Assembly: GCA_001643675.2 (NCBI GenBank) | Contig: LSRY02000002.1 | Location: 496,001 to 560,000 of the forward strand | Direction: 5' to 3' | Source of the DNA: Monocercomonoides exilis PA203 | Lineage: Eukaryota > Protista > Preaxostyla | Length of the DNA: 64,000 nt | In this document: positions 56,090 to 64,000 of the stretch, one piece after another | How positions within the stretch are numbered: the stretch's first letter is position 1 | How the letters are laid out: each line of letters starts with the position of its first letter | The notes under the pieces: generated by a model | Databases searched by the model: none | Told to the model about the DNA's origin: nothing | The model's input: the letters and a program-made list of their open reading frames with translations, nothing else | Position numbers and translations under genes: made by a program

Positions 56090-59000
56090 TCAACCTCCCT
56101 TTTCATTGCTGCTTTCTTCTGTAGAAACATACTCTTCAGAAAGTTCATTATCGTCTTTATCCATTTTACTTAACCTTCGTCTTTTCATATTCTCATAACG
56201 TCTTTTGCGAGCCTCGTCCTCCCTTGCCTTTTTCGCTAGTTGCTCTTCATTCTTCTTTTTGAGAATTTGACTTCTTTTCTCTTCTTTTTCTTTTTGTTCT
56301 TTTTCTTTTCTTTCTCTCTCTTCGGCTTCTTTCGCAAGGCGTTTTTCAACTTTCAATTTTAGAAGCTCTGCTTTTGTCAATTTTCTTTGAGTCTGAAGTT
56401 CCTTAGAATCATCATTTAATTCATTATCATTCCGTTTCAATGGATCATTTGTAGAATCTTGGTTGCTTTCGCTTGCAGATTGCTGCGGCTGTTCAATGTT
56501 GCTTGAAAGATTTGGAGAACTATCATTTTCATCTTCTAATACTCTCTCAGAGGAACTTTCTAATTCAGTCATTCCGTTCTTTTCCTTTTTGTCTTGCTTA
56601 TTTATTTGCTCGTCATTTTTGTTGCCCTCCTCTTCAGAGATATTGTCTTTTTCTTTTGAATTAGCAGCATTGTTGTCTTCTTCAATATCGTGTGGATTTC
56701 CATCGCTTTCTGTTATCTTCCTCTGATTTTCAAAAGGTGATTCTTCAATTTCATGTTCGCTTTTTTGTTCTTTTGATTGATCTGCTCTCTGAATGGTTGC
56801 AATATGTTGATGAACTGAAGTTCTATCTTTGAGCTCACCCTTCTCAAATTCTTTTAAATTCTGACTTTCATCAAGTGTTTGATTAAGCGATTTGTCAGAC
56901 TGGAATTGTGAAATTTGATGCGCTTTTGTTAAATCGCTTTCATCAAAAGCACTTTCGTTTATTTCAGATGAATTTGCAAGTTCATCATTCTTCTCTTCGA
57001 TTAAATCATCATTTCTTTCTTCCAACTTTTCTTGATTTTCACTATCCAAAGATGGCTGCTGCAACTCATCTGGCATATTGCTTTCTTTAATTTGTGCTTC
57101 TTGCTTGCGCATGGAAGAACTCAGCATATTCAAATCAAATGGTGGTTCAGTGGCATGTGTCGTTTCCATCATCCACTTTGTCAAACGTTCAATAACTTTT
57201 TGCTGTTTAGTGACTGTTGCGCTCAGCTCCTCAATTTTCTGCTGAACGTCTGCTTGAACTTTGCTCTTTGCTTCCTTCTCTTCGGATTTTTCTTCTTTTT
57301 TAGTGTTCTCCGATTCGTGTTCATTCTTTTGTTCTGATGCAATCTCGTTCAATTCTCCTTCTTGCTGCTCTTTATCTTTCTGTCCACTGACTCTTATTGC
57401 TTTCCTTTGTTGCTCATCTTCTTCTCCGTCCATTCTTGTTGTATCACTTATTCTCTCTTCTTCTGTCAGAGCCTCGTCAACAGAAGTTCCTTCGTTATGC
57501 CGTCTCACAGCCGTAATTGTCGTTTTTAGAGGAGACTGTCTTCGAATAGCAGGTGGCGAAGATGTTCCATCAAAAGCACGTTCAACGTCAGGGTTTTGAT
57601 CCTGAGAAAAAGACATTGTTGATGCATCAAACCCAGATTCTGGTTCAGAAGATGAAGATGAAGCATTTTTTTCTGAAGTTAATTGTCCTGAATCTATCTG
57701 TGCATTCATATCTTTCGCTGTATTGTCCTGCGACCATTCGCCAAGAGTTGACATAACGTCCTTTTCAGAAGGCATATCAGGACTATCGTCATTGTCAGTG
57801 TCTACGACAGGATCAGGAATCAGATTCAGCAAAGATAGAAGTTCAGCTACACCCTCTCTCACTTGCCTCACCCTGTCGTAGCGAATCTTTTCCACTTTCT
57901 CTTTCACAGATACCTTGTTTCGGCAGATGATGCGAAGGCCCACTTGGCCACATTCAAATAGTTTTCGTTGTTCTTCGGCTCTTTCTTTCTTCCTTTCTTT
58001 TTCAATCAGTATTTGAGACAAAGTTGGAGTTTTATACTGAAATGATCCTGCAGGTGCTGAAGACAAAAAATTTGGATTATTCGAGTAATCAAATGGCAAA
58101 GAAGAGTATTTTGAAGATATTTCATTGAATGTTTGTTTATAAGGAAGCAATTGTGGAGATGCCTTGGCTTCTGATGGAGATTCAAATACAATTTCATCCA
58201 CCTGCAATGGGGATGTTTGCGTAAACAGCTGGACATATGTCGTAATTACCGCAATTAAACAATCCACAGCTGCGCGGCGAGTGTTCCATTCAGGCTGTGA
58301 TAAATACTCTTGGGCAATTAGCATTGCCCTTTCGCACTCATCAACCATTACACATGGACATACCATAAACATTGTACTTAAAACAAGAAGAAGTTGTCCT
58401 CCTAAAAAACAATCTGGGTGGCTGAATAATAATATCAATCGTTGACCAAAGAACGGCCAAGATAAAGCAACGGCCTTGTTTAATGTTTACAATTATTGAA
58501 TACAAGCAACATTTTGAATATAACTTTTAAAAAATCATTTAAAAAACAAACGTCTGGATCAGCCCTTTCGCATATTGCTTGAATCGCTAGCGAAGCTCCT
58601 TCCATGAAATTTTTGTTTCCTGTCTCCTCCATATTATGTAATAACGGCTCAATAAGTGACCTGATTGGATAATCCATTCCTTCAATTATATATCCACGAA
58701 AAGGATTTTGTGCAAGAGAATGCTGCTTCCAATTTACACCCTGTGTTAACTCTTCAGCCAAAAATCCAAATGTTTCAGCACAAATATCTCTCATTCCCGT
58801 TTCATTGTCCTTCAAACGCGATATTAAGTAAGTAATAATTTTTGTTAAATATGGTTGAATGCGTGCTCCGTGAACTTTAACTGTACATCCAAGCAATCTT
58901 ACTACTTCTTTTCGTGCGATAGATGCATCCATAGTTTTGACTCCAAATAAACATGACTTTAAAAAGAAAAATAAAAACCAAGAATAAACAATGAAATTCT

Positions 59001-59218
59001 TGCTCAAAAAAAAATACAAATACCAAAAATAATCCTAAAAAATTGAATTCCAATGAATCTATGGTAGAAAGTAATTCACTGACCCCTTGCATAGATGTGT
59101 CACGATCCGATAATTTACCAATACTGCGCAATGTATTTGTACGAAAAGCATTCTCAATTTCTTGCTTTGTAAGTTTATGTGGTTTCTTTTTTTGAAATGG
59201 ACTGTTTTTTCCATACAT
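56090..59218 (-). CDS. TORTIFOLIA1/SPIRAL2-like HEAT-repeat microtubule-associated protein, 3 exons
   Basis: Exons 59218-59024, 58956-58552 and 58474-56090. Motifs KLSDRDT...VSEL, ARKEVVRLLG...HG...PYLTKII..LISRLKD.ETGMRDICAETFG.LA, EWNTRRAAVDCL and RYDRVRQVRE correspond to TOR1 KLxDRDT, HLTKII..IVKRLKDxDSxVRDAC, DWATRKAA and RFDKIKPVRE. A central coiled coil and a charged tail follow. Confidence 0.82.
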
Positions 59219-59448
59219 CAGTTAATGTTATAATCCCTCCAACTTTTATCTTTTTGATTTTCAAAATGATAATAAATATATATTGGTTCACATAAAATAA
59301 AAATGGAAGTATTGATCAATATATCAAAGGAATTTTTGGATCAATTCCACTCCAAAATATGTGTGAAATATTGTTTTTAATAATCAAATGACCGCTTTAT
59401 TTGTGGCCTTTATTTTCTAAATATGTATTTTCTTTTATGCTCAGAGTT
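59219..59448. promoter_or_regulatory. Putative bidirectional promoter (TOR1-like / RPS19)
   Basis: 230 bp separate the divergent ATGs. Confidence 0.5.
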
Positions 59449-60066
59449 ATGGACGGATTCCATCAGAAGAGAGCCAGTATTACCGTGAAGGACGTTCCCG
59501 CTGATAAATTCATTAAGACTCTTGCAAAACACTTCAAAAACACAGGTGCAGTTGAGATGCCAGCATGGGGAGATTATTGCAAAACAGCTTCCCTGAAAGA
59601 GCTCGCTCCAATTGATCCAGATTGGTATTTCATTCGTGCAGGTTTGCAAACATTTAACTTTTATCGATATCAACTTATAATAATAATTAATCTGTTTTAA
59701 ATTTTTATTAAATTTGTCATTTGCATGATCGCAGCTTCAATTGCCAGAAAGATCTACATTCGCCAAGGAACAGGTGTTGGTGCATTGAAGGATGTGTATG
59801 GTTGCACAATTGACCGTGGAACTATGCCGTGCCACCACGGAACTGCTTCAGGCAAAATCATTCGCCTCATCATCCACCAATTGGAGAAAGCAAAGCTTCT
59901 TGAGCCAGTTCCAGGGTATGCTCATTCAATTTATTGAATTTATATTTTTCTTAAAACGTTATTCTCTATTTTTTTTAGAAAATTTGGCGGACGTCGTGTG
60001 ACCCAACAAGGACGTGAAAGTCTCGATCGTATTGCATGCCAAGTTGTTTCAAAGAAGAAGCATTAA
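59449..60066 (+). CDS. RPS19: 40S ribosomal protein S19 (eS19), 3 exons
   Basis: TVKDVPADKFI...KELAPIDPDWYFIRA|ASIARKIYIRQGTGVG...ASGKIIRLIIHQLE...|GGRRVTQQGRESLDRIA. Introns at ~59642-59734 and ~59916-59978; stop TAA at 60064-60066. Confidence 0.95.
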
Positions 60067-60355
60067 ACTTTTTAACTTTCAATTCAATTGTTGATCTTTC
60101 ACGGTAGAGTCAACTTATATTGAATCCATTTCAACATGCATTTGTTGAACTTCACTTCTTTCAACACGTTGTGGAGTTATGACTGATCAATTTGATTATA
60201 TACGTTTGAAACGTTTTCCTTAATTAAAAAAATTGAAATGAAAAATAGGTTTCCCAAAATATCATCAAAAAATTATGATAATTGCCACAAAAAATGATTC
60301 AATAATATTGCTTCAATTTGAATTGTAGAAAAAAAAAGTGATAAAAAATAGAAAA

Positions 60356-63300
60356 TTAAGCAGTAGCTTTTTTCATTTCTGTGGCAATTTTGACCTCACC
60401 TGGGAGAAGTATGGAACTTAGTGTTTGCTGAAACTGAGCAAGCTTAGCTTCTAATTCTTTTAAATACGAGCACATTAATTGCTGACATTATCAATATTTA
60501 AACAAAATGATTCAACAAATATTTTTTTTTAAATATAATATTTTCGAAATTCAAATATTAATATCTGAAAATTACCAATCATCTAATGCACACCATTGTG
60601 TTTGCTTGATTTATTGGATCGTTTTGAAGTTCTGCGTTAATTTCGCCTTGGCTTCGCCCAGTTGACATCATAAGATCAGCTTTGCCTCTGAGCGCTGCCA
60701 TCATTTCTTCAATATCTTGCTCATCGTCATCCATTTCATCATAAAATTCTTCATCTTCATCGTCAATTCCTTCTTCTCCAATCATAACTTCGCCTGTTCT
60801 ATCTCCTTTCTTTGCTGTTATATTTGATTCGAGGCTTTCTTTCTCCTCGTTCCACAGCTTCACCACAATTTTAGTCAGTTTTGACAGAAACGGTATTTGT
60901 GAGTATTGTATCTGTGCATGTGCCGACCGCGACCGAGTCATAATTCTTCCGTCGTCAATGGGATCGCCTTTCACAACGGCTGCAATGACAAAAGGATTCC
61001 CTCCGCGCACAAGGCACATCATCGCCTCAATGGTGACTTTGATGTTGTAGTCTCCACGGACCGTCTCTTCCACCTCGCACATCCGCGACAGAAAGCCGTT
61101 GAAGCGCAACTTCGCATCAATAGCCTCACCAGGGGTCTCTGTGAAAGTAGTCAGCAGAGCTTCCAATTGGCCAGGACATTTTCGAATGAAAAAGCAGAAA
61201 AATAGAAGGAGGTTCTATTTCGTTAAGATTGAATGCAATCGGTTTATGTTTGAAATTCATGTGAAAGATAGAAATTGGTAGCATGCATAAATGAAAAAAA
61301 GAAAAGAAAAGAAAAGAAAAGAAAAGAAAAGAAAATCAATGAGATATCATTCAAAATAAATAAAATCAAACTTCTGAGGTAGAAGGCGGGATTTGGTCGT
61401 TCATAAATCTCGTTATCAGTGAAAACACAAGATTGCCCATCAGCCCTTGTTTGATGAGCTCCTGTCCAGCAAACTCAACCAGCGACCGCGCAATCAGCCC
61501 GAGATTGATTGCAGCTTCTGGCGAAGGAGACCCGTTCAGTAAGAATGTGAAGAAAGCCAGTGCTTTGTTCAAGCTGTCGCCAACCAGGATTTGAGGGACC
61601 AGGCGGAGCATTCGGCTCAGAGTCTCTGACGCTGCGAGAATTGCGCTTCCGTTCATCCGCAGCGTGGTGGGCACGTTCATCAGCTCGTTGAACAGCAGCT
61701 GGAACTGCTCAGGGCTGAATGTCCCCGGCGCCAATGTTCCTGCCTGGCTGTCTGTGCACAGCGTGTTAGAAAAGCAGTTGAACAGGGTTTCAACTGTGCT
61801 CTGAGGCTTTGATGCTGCATCAGGAGCAGACAGCTCCGCAATGGCAGTGCGAAGACGAGTTAACAGGAGCGGCCACAGATGCTGCTGCACAGTCATTGGC
61901 CCGCCTTCGATGGGCACAGACACCAAAATGTGCAGACACTGGGGCACTTCGTCTGTGACGTCGATGCATTCGGGGAAGTCGTCCAGCATCTTTAGCAGAT
62001 ACGCGATGAGGTGCGGCACGGCTGGGCCGATCTGCTCCTTGCCCATGTTCATCAGCATGTAGAACGCATCGATCACACCAGAAACCTCTTCGTTGCTGAA
62101 CATGTCAGCGTCCATTGCGGTGAGCACTCCCAAAATCTCCATCACTCTCCGAGATATCAGCTCCTTCTTCACATTACGGCACAAGACTGTCAGCGATTTG
62201 GCTGCAGTGATTCTAACAAGAGGTGGAATTTCTGGTGAAGAGGAGGAGGAAGAAGGAGGTGCAATAGAACTTTGAGGTGTTGAAATGGATTGTGAAGAAT
62301 GTGTAGTGTTATTTTTGAGGAAGTTGAGGCAAAGAGTAATTAGAGATTCGTTGTTAGCATCATCGATCAATGAAGATATCTTAGACATGCATTTAATCAT
62401 CTGAGCACACAGGAACGGGACGCCATTGACAGGATGTATGATGTCTGGAGAAAAATCGATAAACACTTGCAAATATCTGATTGGATTGAAGCTTGAACTG
62501 GACTGCTTTCCGGCTTCAGGCATTTGAACGATGGCTCCCATTCCATACAGCATCTGCGCAGCAGCAATATCTTCTGGATCACTCATGTTGAATTCTCCTC
62601 CGAAAGCATCGCTGCTTTCACCCATTTTGTGCATCACAACAATTTCTGACACGCGCAGCGCTGCTTCGTGGAGCGTCCACCAAAGTGGATGAGCTGGAGT
62701 GGCTGTGCGAAGCTGCTTGCTTTCGGTGACTTTTGCCTCGCATGCCAGCAACAGCAGGTCTGATACCGTCATCGAGGTGGATTCCTGTGTGCTAGCTGCA
62801 GAAATTGCATTTGAAGGAGAAGAAGAGGAAGAAGCGCCCATGTCAACTTCTTCATCTCCGATTGACTCCATCATTTTGTCAACCAGCTCAATCACAGATG
62901 ATCTGGCTGAGCTGATTATCATCTCTTCATCATCAAAATAATTATCAGCATTGGCCAGCCACCGCTTCATTGAAAAGTTCGTCATCTGAGCATATTCAAT
63001 TAAAACAGGAAACATTGTATAGCACTTCACCATCAGTGAATGCATTGCATCTTTGTCCATTAGACTTGCGAAAAAGTCGAGAATTGATTGAATATATGAA
63101 TAAAGAGACTCCAGCCCTGTTGGTTCAACCGCTGTTTCTGAGAATATATACAACTGTTTGTATTTGCTAAGTTGCTCGGTTAACGCGTGTGACAACAATC
63201 CAATGATTTTTAAGAAGTCCATATTTTGTGATGCAAATTTTGGCTTGAAAATTGCAATTGTATTGCAAAGCTTGCAAAGAAAGAAGTTAAAGAAGAGTTA

Positions 63301-64000
63301 AATCATCAAGCAAAGCAAAAACAAAAACGTAACAGTTCAAAGTTTATATTGCATTTGTAACTAAAAAAATAGCATACTCTAACAACTTCTACTCTCAAAA
63401 GATAATTTTCATCAGTTGGGCTCGAAGAAGAAATAAATGTAAATGAAACTGAAATAACAAAATTCAAAAAATCCTTGAATTCTTTGGTGTCCTTTTGTTT
63501 CTTATCTTTCACCGTAGAGCATCCTTTAATTATTGAGCGACATATGGAAATTGCTGAAGAAAGCATTTCTTGTGTGGGTCCTTGGTTATAAGCGCCAAGA
63601 ACTTGATGCACAATCCCGACTAATGGAACAAGAAATTCATTCACTGAAAGAGCATCTGCAAGTAGATCAAGACATCTCCATGCGCCCTCACAAAGATCTT
63701 TCTTTTGAAGCGTTTGAGCAAATCCCAAAAGTGTTTGGATAAGTTCAGGCCATTTATCAGGATAATCCTTTTCAGCTATAACTCCAATTACATGACATAC
63801 AGATGACAACACTTTTTTATCTGGCATATCAATCAATTTCAGAATTGAGGAACGAACTGATGCTTTTTCAGTTTCAGATATTACAATAGTTGCCTGAATA
63901 TCATCTCCGCTCCACCAAAATTCCTGTGCAAATTGTTTAAGAAGAACTGCTGCGAGGTATAAGTTCAAAAATTCGGAAATCGAAAAAAAAAAAGAAAAGA
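60356..64000 (-). CDS. IPO9: Importin-9-like karyopherin beta (5' end outside the window), multi-exon
   Basis: LAAVLLKQFAQEFW, IAEKDYPDKWPELI, WWTLHEAAL, IMTRSRS...YSQIPFLSKLTKI, an acidic loop and NDPINQAN. The last exon ends ...EMKKATA* at 60356. Confidence 0.85.
61297..61335. repeat. (GAAAA)n microsatellite inside an importin-9 intron
   Basis: Visible directly. Confidence 0.9.

Noticed and set aside
61215-61372. TCTTAAC near the 3' end of an importin-9 intron as a U12-type branch point
   Set aside because: The donor is GTTTGA, not the U12 consensus RTATCCTT.
1-64000. Alternative genetic code (TAA/TAG reassigned, as in some oxymonads)
   Set aside because: Multi-kb ORFs are open under the standard code, and conserved genes such as RPS19 and importin-9 end at TAA.

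Overview
AT-rich eukaryotic genomic DNA with short GT-AG introns and the standard genetic code. The gene families and composition suggest an oxymonad (Monocercomonoides-like) protist; this is inference. Two compact housekeeping blocks flank an accessory block. Left block (2.9-21.1 kb): an SLC38A9-like amino-acid transporter, eIF3h, an IQ-DH-PH RhoGEF with a poly-Ser tail, a five-exon CENP-S/MHF1 gene that the ORF track misses, and a 2371-aa Wee1/Myt1 kinase. Right block (56-64 kb): a TORTIFOLIA1/SPIRAL2-like HEAT protein, RPS19 and importin-9 (partial). Accessory block (21.3-54.5 kb): two intronless ~4000-aa type-I membrane proteins. Each has a signal peptide, a GGAI/FxxN-type cassette, 7-8 Cys-capped repeat modules, a conserved juxtamembrane domain, one TM helix and a C-lobe-only pseudokinase. 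Upstream lie two truncated paralogous cassettes, one of them inside a ~3.4 kb element bounded by related repeat arrays. A frameshifted pseudogene sits between the two giant genes. A decayed pogo/DDE_1 transposase occupies the first 1.5 kb. The best candidate for a new system is a modular receptor-pseudokinase family with compositionally mosaic segments and transposon-carried partial cassettes.
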